From positions 121,388 through 185,387 of the forward strand of contig JBMFNR010000003.1 in NCBI GenBank assembly GCA_049970055.1: 64,000 nt of DNA, in the 5' to 3' direction. The stretch comes from Fervidobacterium sp. Lineage in GTDB: Bacteria > Thermotogota > Thermotogae > Thermotogales > Fervidobacteriaceae. Below, one piece after another: positions 9,201 to 18,898 of the stretch (its first letter is position 1; each line of letters opens with the position of its first letter). The notes beneath the pieces are model-generated. The model saw only the letters and a program-made list of their open reading frames with translations. It ran no database searches and was not told the origin of the DNA. Position numbers and translations under genes: made by a program.

Positions 9201-10302
9201 ACCTTAACACCTCTCGTGATAGCAAAACGGCAAGTTCTCTGCTGTTGGCTTCAAATATGTCATCTGGCACTCTTTGTCCATTTGTTATGAAAGCTATCGG
9301 GGTTTTCAAAAACGAAGGTACATTAACAAAATGTCCAAGTGCCGATGTTTCGTCCATCTTTGAGAGAATCACATGAGTTGGTGAAATTACAGAAAATTTT
9401 GAAAGTACTTCTTTAACATCGTCGTTTCTATATTGCATACCTATAACTAATAATGTAAATTCTGGAGCTATAACCTCAGACATGGCTTTTATCTCCGCCA
9501 TATGTAAGTCGTTCTTCTGACTCCTACCTGCTGTATCAATTAAAATAACATCGTAATCAGAGAGTGCATCAAGCTCAAGCTTTGCTTCTTTCGGCGTATA
9601 AGCCACCCTTATTGGTACGTCAAGGAGCATAGCATAGGTTTTCAATTGATCAACAGCTGCTATTCTGTACGTGTCAAGAGTAATTACTGCTATATTCTTC
9701 TTTTCACCAAGTTTGAGTTTCGCGGCTAGTTTTGCAAGTGTGGTTGTCTTACCCACTCCTGTTGGACCTGCAAAGAGCACGCGACCTCTCAAATCAGGTA
9801 CTGATGTATTTATAAATGGGAGAAACATTTCAGACAAAATTAAACGCGTATTTTCATTTGAAAAGTCCAACTCATTATATTTCACTTTTGAGTACTCTAC
9901 AATTTTCTCTATTATTTCTTCATCGATGTCTTGCTTTTCAAGTGCCTTTCTAAATTCCTGAACCCACCGTGGTTCATTCGACCTTTGTGACGAAATCATC
10001 GACTTCAGCTCGACCATCATTTTCTTTAACTCACTAAACTCTTCAGTGTTTTGGGAAATGTTTGATTTATTCTTGGAAAGTATCTCTTGAAGCTTGTAAA
10101 TCTGACCTTTTTCTTCACTCTGCTGCTCTTTTTTATCTGTTACTGCAGCTGTAACTTCGATGTACGTTTTGGCACCAATACCAAGGAATCCTCCTTTTTT
10201 TACCTTCCTTGTACTCAGAATTATTGCATCTTTTCCCAGTTCCATCCTTATTTTTTCGAACGCTTCTTTTATATCCGTAACAACATATTTTTTTACAATC
10301 AT
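9184..10302 (-). CDS. flhF: Flagellar biosynthesis SRP-type GTPase FlhF
   Basis: 372 aa with [10 protein letters not shown] (G1), DTAGR (G3) and SKMDE (G4-like). It is coupled to flhA by a 4-nt overlap. Confidence 0.9.
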   Translation of the reverse strand: MIVKKYVVTDIKEAFEKIRMELGKDAIILSTRKVKKGGFLGIGAKTYIEVTAAVTDKKEQQSEEKGQIYKLQEILSKNKSNISQNTEEFSELKKMMVELKSMISSQRSNEPRWVQEFRKALEKQDIDEEIIEKIVEYSKVKYNELDFSNENTRLILSEMFLPFINTSVPDLRGRVLFAGPTGVGKTTTLAKLAAKLKLGEKKNIAVITLDTYRIAAVDQLKTYAMLLDVPIRVAYTPKEAKLELDALSDYDVILIDTAGRSQKNDLHMAEIKAMSEVIAPEFTLLVIGMQYRNDDVKEVLSKFSVISPTHVILSKMDETSALGHFVNVPSFLKTPIAFITNGQRVPDDIFEANSRELAVLLSREVLRYARSS

Positions 10303-12359
10303 AGCCTTACCACACCCTCTATTGAAAGATTGACGTCTTCCGGAATCTCTTCAAAAGATATAACCACTATTCCTGGAATAAAGCGTGTAATCATCCTTGA
10401 AAGGTATGGTCTTATAAGACCTGAGACGACCAATGTTGGTGAGTATCCTTTACGCATAACTTTCTCTAATTCCGAAGATATTCTTTCGATCAATTCTCTG
10501 AGAATCTGTGGATTCATACTTATGTACTTCCCTTCCTCGCCTTCAGCTATTGACTCTGTTAAACTTTTTTCCAAATCAGAGTCAAGAGCAACCGCGTGTA
10601 TCTGTTTCTCTGAAGTCAACAATTTTGCCACAATCTGCCTTTTTAGACCTCTCCGAACATATTCCGTAAGTGTTTCTATATCCCTTGCCTTATCAGCATT
10701 ATCAAGTATTAGTTCGAATATATACGGTAAATTCCTTATTGAAACACCTTCTCGAAGAAGTTCTTGAAGCACTTTTTTAACGGCCGAGGGTTTTATGACA
10801 TTGAATACATCGTCGACCAATTTATCAAATTTGTTTCTTAAGCCGTCAACAAGTAATTGAAACTCTCTATTACCCAGTAATTCTGGAGCAAACCGTCTAA
10901 GAATTTCAGTCACATGTGTTGCAAACACAGTTGGTGGATCAACTACTGTGTATCCTTTTTGCGTAGCTTCTTCTTTCTTAGTTTCATCTATCCAAAAAGC
11001 CTGAAGCCCGAATGCAGGTTCTCTGACCTCTATACCAGCTATTTTGTCACTTACAAATCCAGGGTTTATTGCGAGTAACCTGTTTGGGATTAACTCGTAC
11101 CGCGCAACTTCAGCACTTCTAATGAACACAGCATATTCATTTGGTTTGAGTATCACACTGTCTCTAACTCTTATGGGTGAAAGCACTAAGCCTAACTCTT
11201 GAGCGAGTTGTCGTCTTATCATTGTAAGTCTTTCAAGCATATCGCCACCTTGTGACAAATCAGCAAGTGGTAACAGACCATAACCTATGTTAATCTCAAC
11301 AGTATCGGATTGGATTACCTCTGATACCTCTTCAGGTGTTGACAAAATAGGACCGCTAGGCATGGTTGGTGCACCTGACACACCCTGTGTACCCTCACCC
11401 GCACCAATTGATTGTGGTTGCAATAACTCATCTGCTTTTATCAGTAATCCTATCAAAAAAAACAATCCGCCGATTAAAAGGCTTGTAAAAGTAGGAAGTG
11501 GAGTAAGTATTCCAAGAATCATTATAACAACCCCCGTAAGTATTATAACCCTTTTTTCACCGGAAAGTTCTCTTATAAGTTCCGAACCCAGGTTATCCTC
11601 TGTGGCACTCCTGGAAACGAGTATACCGGTTGCTGTTGAAACCATCAAAGCCGGTAACTGGCTTACAAGTCCATCACCAACAGTATAAAGCAGAAAAGCT
11701 TTAGCGGCATCAGCTATTCCCATACTATGCATAAGTACTCCGATCAATATACCACCCAAGCTATTAACAATTGTAATAATGATACTTGCTATAGCATCTC
11801 CCCTGACAAATTTCGAAGCACCATCCATTGCACCATAAAAATCGGCTTCTCTTCTTATATTTTCTCTTCTACGACGTGCCTCTTCTTCCGTTATAAGCCC
11901 AGCGTTTAAATCAGCATCGACGCTCATTTGCTTACCAGGCATTGCATCCAGTGTAAATCGCGCTGCAACTTCTGCAATTCTTTCCGATCCACGGGTTATT
12001 ACAATGAATTGTATAATAACAAGAATTAAAAACACCACTATACCGACAACGTAATTACCACCAACAACGAAGTTTCCGAACGTTAATATGACTTTACCAT
12101 TGAATTTTGGTCCTTGAAGTAATATGGACCTTGTCGATGCAACATTAAGTGCCAGTCGAAATATGGTAACAATTAACAACATGGTCGGAAAAGAAGCGAG
12201 TTCAAGAGTGTTTCTAATGTACATGGTTGAGAATAACAACACAAGCGAGATGGATATATTCAACAGTTGAAAAAAATCAAGCAAAAAATTTGGTATGGGG
12301 ATAATCATTAAAAATACTATCGCTACAATTAAAAGTGCAACTGCAACATCAGACTTCAT
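10299..12359 (-). CDS. flhA: Flagellar type III export apparatus protein FlhA
   Basis: 686 aa with an N-terminal polytopic domain (…FVVGGNYVVG…, FHIPEP-family-like) and a large cytoplasmic C-terminal domain. The RBS is GAGGTGAGTAG-ATG. Confidence 0.95.
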   Translation of the reverse strand: MKSDVAVALLIVAIVFLMIIPIPNFLLDFFQLLNISISLVLLFSTMYIRNTLELASFPTMLLIVTIFRLALNVASTRSILLQGPKFNGKVILTFGNFVVGGNYVVGIVVFLILVIIQFIVITRGSERIAEVAARFTLDAMPGKQMSVDADLNAGLITEEEARRRRENIRREADFYGAMDGASKFVRGDAIASIIITIVNSLGGILIGVLMHSMGIADAAKAFLLYTVGDGLVSQLPALMVSTATGILVSRSATEDNLGSELIRELSGEKRVIILTGVVIMILGILTPLPTFTSLLIGGLFFLIGLLIKADELLQPQSIGAGEGTQGVSGAPTMPSGPILSTPEEVSEVIQSDTVEINIGYGLLPLADLSQGGDMLERLTMIRRQLAQELGLVLSPIRVRDSVILKPNEYAVFIRSAEVARYELIPNRLLAINPGFVSDKIAGIEVREPAFGLQAFWIDETKKEEATQKGYTVVDPPTVFATHVTEILRRFAPELLGNREFQLLVDGLRNKFDKLVDDVFNVIKPSAVKKVLQELLREGVSIRNLPYIFELILDNADKARDIETLTEYVRRGLKRQIVAKLLTSEKQIHAVALDSDLEKSLTESIAEGEEGKYISMNPQILRELIERISSELEKVMRKGYSPTLVVSGLIRPYLSRMITRFIPGIVVISFEEIPEDVNLSIEGVVRL

Positions 12360-12499
12360 CTACTCACCTCAACGCCTTGATAATTTTCGAAAAAATTTCA
12401 AAAAAATTTTTTGAACGTTTTCTCGGTATATATTGTCTAAATATGTGGAACGTAATAAAATAAAGGTAATTCACTCAACGGATGTATGGTAAGAAGAAG

Positions 12500-12528
12500 T
12501 TAACACAATTGTTTTGGGATATTATAAT
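12500..12528 (+). promoter_or_regulatory. Candidate sigma-70-type promoter on the plus strand: TTAACA-17 nt-TATAAT
   Basis: The -35 TTAACA is at 12500-12505, followed by an exact 17-nt spacer and the -10 TATAAT at 12523-12528. It points away from flhA and towards the hairpin at 12618. Confidence 0.35.
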
Positions 12529-12534
12529 TTAAAG

Positions 12535-12642
12535 TGCTAACAATTTAACAAAAGACATGTTAAAATCCTTTAAGAGAACCCCCTATCCCCCTTGAGATAC
12601 ACCCCCCACGGCTTTATGCGGGCCAAAAAGCCCGCTTTTTTT
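12535..12642 (+). ncRNA. Candidate small RNA of about 105 nt, C-rich, antisense-oriented between mnmE and flhA
   Basis: It is bounded by the promoter above and an intrinsic terminator whose U-tract is on the plus strand. It contains CCCCC (12589-12593), CCCCC (12597-12601) and CCCCCC (12602-12607) in an otherwise AT-rich spacer. The only ORF inside is 12 codons with no SD. Confidence 0.3.
12618..12642 (+). terminator. Intrinsic terminator hairpin: GCGGGC-caaaaa-GCCCGC followed by TTTTTTT
   Basis: Stem arms are at 12618-12623 and 12630-12635, with the T7 run at 12636-12642. The T-tract follows the stem only on the plus strand; on the minus strand the stem is followed by AUAAAGCC. It may still serve as the mnmE terminator because the mnmE stop is at 12641-12643. 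Confidence 0.55.
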
Positions 12643-14014
12643 ATTTTCCTACGCAGAAGTTTGAAAATATATTATTGAGTAAATCTTCATTGAAATTATA
12701 CCCTGTCAATTCATCCAATTTGCTTAAAGCATTTCTAATATCGATAGAAGCTAAATCCATTGGAAGTCCACTTTTTAAAGAATTTATAGATTTATCAACA
12801 TAGTATTTAACTTGTTTCATATATTCAAGTTGCCTTCTTGAGGTTATGTGTGATAATTCACTATCTTCGATAAGTGGTTTTGCAAGTTCAATTATTCTTT
12901 TTTCGAGTTCTTTAATACCTTCACCACTTTGTGCGCTTATGAATACGTCTTTACCGAATGATTTAATATTTTTGCCTATATCCACCTTATTCCATACATA
13001 CAATATGTTTCCATTTTTGATAAGGTTATGTATGTATTCGTCTGCTTCAGTATAACCAGTTGTAGCGTCAAGCAAGAAAAGTACAATATCAGATCTTTGA
13101 GCTTCTTTTAAAGCTTTTTCGATACCAATTTTTTCAACCATATCTTGGGTTTCCCTTATACCTGCGGTATCGGATATCACAAAATGTATACCCTGAATCT
13201 TAATTTCGCCCTTTATTACATCTCGAGTTGTTCCTGGTACATCAGTTACAATTGCTCTATCTTCAACTAATAATTTGTTTAGTAATGTGCTTTTGCCAAC
13301 GTTTGGTTTTCCTACAATTACTATTGTTACTCCCGTAGAGATGTGGAGACCTTTGTCTGCATGTTTGAGCTTTTCACATAAGTAGGTATGAATTTTCTCA
13401 AGGTCTTGGAGAATTTCCTGTGAAGGTATATCTACATCGTCTCCATAGTCTATTGATACTTCTATTTTGGATAAAACATCTAACAATTGTGAACGAATCG
13501 CACTAATTTCATGTGAAAGTCTACCTTTGAGGTTATCTAAAGCAAGCTTTAAGCTCTTCTCACTCTTTGCTTCTATAATTTGAAGGATTGCTTCAGCTTT
13601 TATTAGATCTATCTTACCATTCAGAAACGCTCGCCTTGTGAATTCACCATTTTCTGCAAGCCTTGCTCCGCTTCGAATTAGTGAATCAATTATCTTAGAA
13701 CTCACTAAAATACCACCGTGACAATATATTTCTACCATGTCTTCTCCTGTGTAACTCTTTGGTGATCTAAAATAAACAAACATAACTTCATCAATAAGTC
13801 CTCCATCAGTGTCAAAAAAATTTCCATAATACATCCTTCTTTCTTGAATGTCAGAGAGATCGATATGAAGTTTTATATGCTTTTTTAAAATTTCAAATGA
13901 CTGACTACCACTCATCCTTACAACTGCTATAGCACCTTTTCCATACGGTGTAGACAGTGCTACTATCGAGTCTTTTTTACTTTCACTATATAGACGCAAA
14001 TTCTCACCTCTCAA
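12641..14014 (-). CDS. mnmE: tRNA modification GTPase MnmE (TrmE)
   Basis: 457 aa. The G domain has GKPNVGKSTLLN, DTAGIR and NKVD. The C-terminal tetrapeptide CVGK matches the C(I/L/V)GK motif. Confidence 0.95.
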   Translation of the reverse strand: MRGENLRLYSESKKDSIVALSTPYGKGAIAVVRMSGSQSFEILKKHIKLHIDLSDIQERRMYYGNFFDTDGGLIDEVMFVYFRSPKSYTGEDMVEIYCHGGILVSSKIIDSLIRSGARLAENGEFTRRAFLNGKIDLIKAEAILQIIEAKSEKSLKLALDNLKGRLSHEISAIRSQLLDVLSKIEVSIDYGDDVDIPSQEILQDLEKIHTYLCEKLKHADKGLHISTGVTIVIVGKPNVGKSTLLNKLLVEDRAIVTDVPGTTRDVIKGEIKIQGIHFVISDTAGIRETQDMVEKIGIEKALKEAQRSDIVLFLLDATTGYTEADEYIHNLIKNGNILYVWNKVDIGKNIKSFGKDVFISAQSGEGIKELEKRIIELAKPLIEDSELSHITSRRQLEYMKQVKYYVDKSINSLKSGLPMDLASIDIRNALSKLDELTGYNFNEDLLNNIFSNFCVGK

Positions 14015-14067
14015 TTTTCATCTTATCACACGGAAATTATACCACAACTTTCAATTATAATAAAGAC

Positions 14068-14110
14068 GGCTCCAAGTTACATTGAAAAGTAACTTGGAGC
14101 CCATTTTTTG
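14068..14110 (-). terminator. Strong hairpin downstream of the MCP gene
   Basis: A 13-bp perfect stem pairs GGCTCCAAGTTAC (14068-14080) with GTAACTTGGAGCC (14089-14101) around an 8-nt loop. T-rich sequence follows on both strands (cattttttg on plus, gtctttatta on minus). Confidence 0.7.
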
Positions 14111-14119
14111 TTCAGATAA

Positions 14120-16402
14120 TTATTTAAACCAATGAGCTATGCTTTCCATCTTCAAAGCAATATCTTTTAATTTTTCCGAGCTTCTTGATATTACAACAAG
14201 TAGTGATGTTAGTTCTTCGAAATCTTTATTGAATTGTGAAAGTTCCTCAGATGATTCAGAAATCGAAAATGCTACTATATTCATTAACTGCTCAACACTT
14301 TGAAAAGCTTTTACGTTTTCTTCAATTTGACTACCGATCTGGCTACCAACTAACCCAATGTTTTGAATCTTCTCGATTACAGTGTAATAATTAGAACTGA
14401 ATTCATCTTTAGCTTTTTTCAACATGTCAAACTTTTCTCCAGATGCTAGGTACAGTTCGTCGAGTTCTCTCAAATCATTTGTATAAGTATCTACTTCCTT
14501 AACGAGGTTTTTGGAGAGATTGTTTATTTCAACTGAAAGTTTCATCACCTCATCAGCTACAACTGCAAAACCTCTCCCAGCTTCGCCTGCTCTTGCGGCT
14601 TCGATTGCAGCATTAAGCGCAAGTAAATTAGTTTGCGAAGCAACGTTTTGAATCTTTGTAATTGCATTTTTGATAGATGAAAACTTATCTATCGTTCTTT
14701 TCACTGTCAAACTGAATTTTTCAAAAACTTCCGCATTTGATTTTACGGATTCATTCATTTCTTCAATAAGTGAAACGTTTTTGAGAATTTCAAACTGTGC
14801 TTGCTCAATTTCCCTAATTAATTCATTAAGTTCATGAGATAAACCTTCTGTACTATCTATTGATTTATTGAGAGTATTTTGAAGATTTTCGATATCGTCT
14901 TTCACCTTACCCACGGTGTGAGTATAATCGGAAACAAAAACTTTGAACTTATGAACAGCATTATCCAATATTTCACTTGTTTTGTTTATCTGATTAACTT
15001 CAATGTTAAGTTCCTGAGAACTATTTTTCATGTCATCGGCGTAATTCTTTAAATTTTCTGACAATTTCTTGAGCGAATCAATCACATGTTGGAATTCACC
15101 TGTAGCTTTTGTGTCAACTTTAATTAATTCACCATTTGCAAATCTTTCGATGATTTCCGCAGAGCTAAGAATATCCTTTGACATTGAATTAACAAGAGGA
15201 ATAGTAAATATAATTGCTGCAATGAGTATCACAGTACCTATAAGGATATTTGTAATAACAATTTTGCTGAGGTTTAAATCTACTTTTACATCGATTTGTG
15301 GTAGTTTCATTTCAGGTAATACAAACTTTTCAGGTTCGGGAATCTCAAATTGAGCTTGAACATTTTCCATCTTAAGCGCCACTTCCAGCTTACCAACTTG
15401 GACACCAGAGATCTCAAAATCAAACTTTTTTGCAACATAGTTCTCTTTTCCAAGTGTAAACGCGAATTTATCTTCTGTTGGTTCTTCCAAACCCCTTAGC
15501 CTTTCACCCATTTCATTAACTTTTGTTGTTGCAAAAGACTTTTGGTTTACATAAATAGTAACATCCGCGTTTGTTAACCTTTTTATCTCATCCAAAAAGT
15601 TTTCATTCAGTGTGCCAAATGCAACAATGAAACCTTTCACTGTGTTTCCAAGTTGAGGGTGCATTACAGGTTGGACGGCAACCATGTATATACTATTATT
15701 CCCTGCATATACAAAAGTTTTGCTGTACGGCGTTGTTGAAGATAAAATAGCTTCAACGGTACTTTTTAGCTGTTCCGAAAAGTCAAGATTTTTGTAATTG
15801 TTTCCAACAAGTCCAGGCGCAAGTGAATACGCGTATTCTACCAGATATTTGTTTTCAATTTGATAAAACGGCCTTAATTTTAATTTTGGTTCTGAATTTT
15901 CAATTGTCCAGAGGCCAATATAATCAAAAAGCGCTCTTTCAACATAGCTATTTAACAAGCCTCTTTTTTCAGCGACCCCAAGCTTCTTGTCGTTGGCAGC
16001 ATTTACAACATCTTTTGAAGATGCACTAACTTTCGCAATATTTTCAATCACTGAAATGCGCTCTTTTACTAGATTCTCAACAATATTCCTTACAGATTCA
16101 GCTTCCTTTTCGAGTGTTGATAAATAAATACTTTCAAAAGCTTTATTAACTGATTCCTTTTGTTTTTCAACAGAAGTTTTCAATTTTTCGTTGTACTGCT
16201 CTATATGATTTTGCAGTTCTTGTGAAAACGTGTCGAAGAAGTCTTTGAAAATTACCTTCGGATCTCCAATTTGTTTTTTAACGTCACTCTCAACGCGTTT
16301 GCTCTCTGACGAAATGTTTACGAATGTAAAAATAAGTGACAAGGTTAATGGAATCGTTACCAAGGAAATCGCTAAAATAATTAATCTTGTGCGTATAGAC
16401 AT
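14120..16402 (-). CDS. Transmembrane methyl-accepting chemotaxis protein with a large (~350 aa) extracytoplasmic sensor region
   Basis: 760 aa. TM1 covers roughly aa 5-30 and TM2 roughly aa 383-405. The signalling hairpin tip reads [32 protein letters not shown]. The RBS is GGTAGGTG. Confidence 0.9.
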   Translation of the reverse strand: MSIRTRLIILAISLVTIPLTLSLIFTFVNISSESKRVESDVKKQIGDPKVIFKDFFDTFSQELQNHIEQYNEKLKTSVEKQKESVNKAFESIYLSTLEKEAESVRNIVENLVKERISVIENIAKVSASSKDVVNAANDKKLGVAEKRGLLNSYVERALFDYIGLWTIENSEPKLKLRPFYQIENKYLVEYAYSLAPGLVGNNYKNLDFSEQLKSTVEAILSSTTPYSKTFVYAGNNSIYMVAVQPVMHPQLGNTVKGFIVAFGTLNENFLDEIKRLTNADVTIYVNQKSFATTKVNEMGERLRGLEEPTEDKFAFTLGKENYVAKKFDFEISGVQVGKLEVALKMENVQAQFEIPEPEKFVLPEMKLPQIDVKVDLNLSKIVITNILIGTVILIAAIIFTIPLVNSMSKDILSSAEIIERFANGELIKVDTKATGEFQHVIDSLKKLSENLKNYADDMKNSSQELNIEVNQINKTSEILDNAVHKFKVFVSDYTHTVGKVKDDIENLQNTLNKSIDSTEGLSHELNELIREIEQAQFEILKNVSLIEEMNESVKSNAEVFEKFSLTVKRTIDKFSSIKNAITKIQNVASQTNLLALNAAIEAARAGEAGRGFAVVADEVMKLSVEINNLSKNLVKEVDTYTNDLRELDELYLASGEKFDMLKKAKDEFSSNYYTVIEKIQNIGLVGSQIGSQIEENVKAFQSVEQLMNIVAFSISESSEELSQFNKDFEELTSLLVVISRSSEKLKDIALKMESIAHWFK

Positions 16403-16427
16403 ACAAGCACACCTACCAGAAAATACC

Positions 16428-17264
16428 TTACAATCTCTTAACTACTTCTGCTAAAACTTTGGCAATCATCTGCCCAGTTTTGTGTGCGACTTCCAATACT
16501 TCTTCTGCAGTAAGTGGTTTTAGATCGTCCGGAACGGCTCTGTCTGTAATAGCTGAAATCGCAAGTACTTTCGTACCACCATGGACAGCAGCTATGACCT
16601 CAGGTACAGTTGACATTCCAACGGCATCTGCTCCCATCCATCTTAACATTCTAAGTTCAGCAGGGGTTTCAAAGTTTGGACCTGCAACGGCAACGTAGAC
16701 TCCTTCGTACATATGGATATTTAGCTGTGCGGCAACTTGTTTTGCGAGCTCTCTTAGCGATTTATCGTATGCATTTGACATATCTGGGAACCTTGGTCCC
16801 CATTTATCTACATTTGGTCCTATAAGCGGATTGTCCCCCATCATATTTATGTGGTCTGAAATAATCATAGGTCTTCCAACCTCAAAATCCGGGTTCAAGC
16901 CACCCGCAGCGTTGGTTAGAAAAAGATACTTGACCCCAAGCTGTTGCATTACTCTTACACCAAATGTTACGTCTCGCATATGATAGCCTTCATAGTAATG
17001 GAATCTTCCGTTCATTAGAACAACATTTTTGCTATTCAACTTTCCGAAGATAAGTTCGCCTTTGTGGCCAGGAGCCGTTGAAACTGGAAACTCCGGAATG
17101 TCTTTGTAGGCTATTCTTATCGGTTGTTCAACGCTATCAGCTATACCGTGCAACCCAGAACCAAGAACAATACACACTTCTGGGAGATCTGAAATCTTTC
17201 CTTTGATAAAATCCGATGCTTTTCTGACTCTCTCCACATAGTTTTCAATATCACTGTGTTCCAT
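16428..17264 (-). CDS. punA: Purine nucleoside phosphorylase (PunA / PNP family 2)
   Basis: 278 aa with VLGSGLHG (phosphate loop), NAAGGLNP and MSTVPEV, which are typical of trimeric PNP/MTAP-family enzymes. Confidence 0.85.
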   Translation of the reverse strand: MEHSDIENYVERVRKASDFIKGKISDLPEVCIVLGSGLHGIADSVEQPIRIAYKDIPEFPVSTAPGHKGELIFGKLNSKNVVLMNGRFHYYEGYHMRDVTFGVRVMQQLGVKYLFLTNAAGGLNPDFEVGRPMIISDHINMMGDNPLIGPNVDKWGPRFPDMSNAYDKSLRELAKQVAAQLNIHMYEGVYVAVAGPNFETPAELRMLRWMGADAVGMSTVPEVIAAVHGGTKVLAISAITDRAVPDDLKPLTAEEVLEVAHKTGQMIAKVLAEVVKRL

Positions 17265-17298
17265 AATCTTACCTCCTTTATTGTTTGGTAAATTTCGG

Positions 17299-18069
17299 TT
17301 ATATTATATATCTTATGTACCTTCTTAAGAATACACTTACAAATATCGTTCCAATCAAAAGTAACGTAGAGATAGCATTTATGACGGGAGAAATACCAAA
17401 TCGGACCATGGAAAATATTTGCAATGGCAGCGTTGTTGAACCTGGGCCTGCTACAAAGAACGTAATTACAAAATCATCGATTGATAGCGTAAAAGCCATA
17501 AAAAATGCAGCCACTATTCCCGGAAATGCGATTGGTACGATTACTTTTCTTAATGCAGTAAAACGTGTTGCTCCCAAATCATAAGAAGCTTCTATTATAC
17601 TTTTATCAAAATTCTCAAGTCTTGTCAAAATTATCATCATTGTGTAAGGTATGGAAAAGGTTACATGGGATATGAAAATTGTGAATAAACTGAGTTTGAT
17701 TTTTATTGACGTAAAGAACACAAGTAATGAAACTCCAATAATAATGTCCGGAATAATGAACGGTATATAGGTTGTGGTCCAGAGAATCTTTCTGAAAGGT
17801 TTTGAACCAAGATACATTGATATCGCTCCAAATGTACCAATCATTACCGAAACTGTGCTTGCTGAAACACCAACAATCAGGGAATTTAGAAATGTTTTCC
17901 ATATATGTGCGGATGACGTAAAAAGTTGAAAGTACCATTTAAAACTGAAACCAGTCCATTGGGGAGATTTTGAGGAATTAAACGAAAATATCACCAAAAC
18001 AATTATTGGTAAATAAAAGAATACCAATGTAATTATCAAGATGAATTTTGAGAAATTACCTGGCTTCAC
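17299..18069 (-). CDS. potC: Spermidine/putrescine-type ABC transporter permease PotC
   Basis: 256 aa, 6-TM BPD-type permease with the EAA-like loop EASYDLGATRFTALRKVIVP. Confidence 0.85.
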   Translation of the reverse strand: MKPGNFSKFILIITLVFFYLPIIVLVIFSFNSSKSPQWTGFSFKWYFQLFTSSAHIWKTFLNSLIVGVSASTVSVMIGTFGAISMYLGSKPFRKILWTTTYIPFIIPDIIIGVSLLVFFTSIKIKLSLFTIFISHVTFSIPYTMMIILTRLENFDKSIIEASYDLGATRFTALRKVIVPIAFPGIVAAFFMAFTLSIDDFVITFFVAGPGSTTLPLQIFSMVRFGISPVINAISTLLLIGTIFVSVFLRRYIRYII

Positions 18070-18898
18070 GCTTTCCGCCCCCGTATATGAATAAAATAAC
18101 AGCTACTATAGTCATTATTAGAAGGACTGAGGAAATTGCTGCAGCTGCAGGCCAGTTTTTTGCAGTTGTTAATTGTCTTGCTATTTCATTACCTATCAAT
18201 CGTGAGTTTTTACCTCCAACGAGCTCCGGTACAGCATATGTTCCAAGCGAAGGAATAAAAACAAAAACAAACGACGATATTATACCTTGTTTAATGTTCG
18301 GCAGTAGAACTTTGAAAAACACTTGCCTTTTTGTACATCCCAAGTCCATCGCCGCTTCAAATATCTGCTTTTCGAGTCTTTCTATTGAAGAGTACAAAGG
18401 CAATATTGCAAATGGTAGGTAAGTGTAGACAAGCACCAGAATTACCGCAAAGTTGTTGTACATGAACTTAATGGGCTCTGTTATATAACCAAGGTTTAAC
18501 AGTGTTTGATTTATCAACCCATTGTTTCCGAGAATAAAGATCCATGCATAGATCCTTATCAACGAATTAGTCCAGAAAGGTATTATAACAAGTAATAACC
18601 AAAAATTCTTCAGTTTGCTGTAAGCGATAGAATATGCAACGGGTATTGCTATCAGTATGGAGATCGTAGATGATATAAAAGAAACAACGGCAGTCCTCAA
18701 AAAGACTGTTAAATAATTGATATTAAGTATATCTTTGTAACCTTGTAAAGAAAATTTGAATATTACGCCTCCCTGAAAATCCCTTGTAAAAAAACTGAAA
18801 GCGAGAATTACGAGAACAGGAATAAGAAAGAAAAGTAAAAGCCATCCAAGATAAAAGTATCCGTAAAGCTCAAAACTTTTTAAAATCTTTGACTTCAA
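18056..18898 (-). CDS. potB: Spermidine/putrescine-type ABC transporter permease PotB
   Basis: 280 aa, with the EAA loop EAAMDLGCTKRQVFFKVLLP. It overlaps potC and potA. Confidence 0.85.
   Translation of the reverse strand: MKSKILKSFELYGYFYLGWLLLFFLIPVLVILAFSFFTRDFQGGVIFKFSLQGYKDILNINYLTVFLRTAVVSFISSTISILIAIPVAYSIAYSKLKNFWLLLVIIPFWTNSLIRIYAWIFILGNNGLINQTLLNLGYITEPIKFMYNNFAVILVLVYTYLPFAILPLYSSIERLEKQIFEAAMDLGCTKRQVFFKVLLPNIKQGIISSFVFVFIPSLGTYAVPELVGGKNSRLIGNEIARQLTTAKNWPAAAAISSVLLIMTIVAVILFIYGGGKREAR

Noticed and set aside
10087-10767. 226-aa plus-strand ORF across the flhF/flhA junction
   Set aside because: It is antisense to two well-supported genes and has low-complexity Phe/Ser/Ile-rich composition. 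It has no SD. This is a typical antisense shadow ORF in AT-rich DNA.
12589-12607. G-quadruplex on the minus strand (G6, G5, G5 runs)
   Set aside because: There are only three G-runs, so a fourth is lacking for a canonical three-tetrad quadruplex. The C-rich plus-strand RNA interpretation is more economical.
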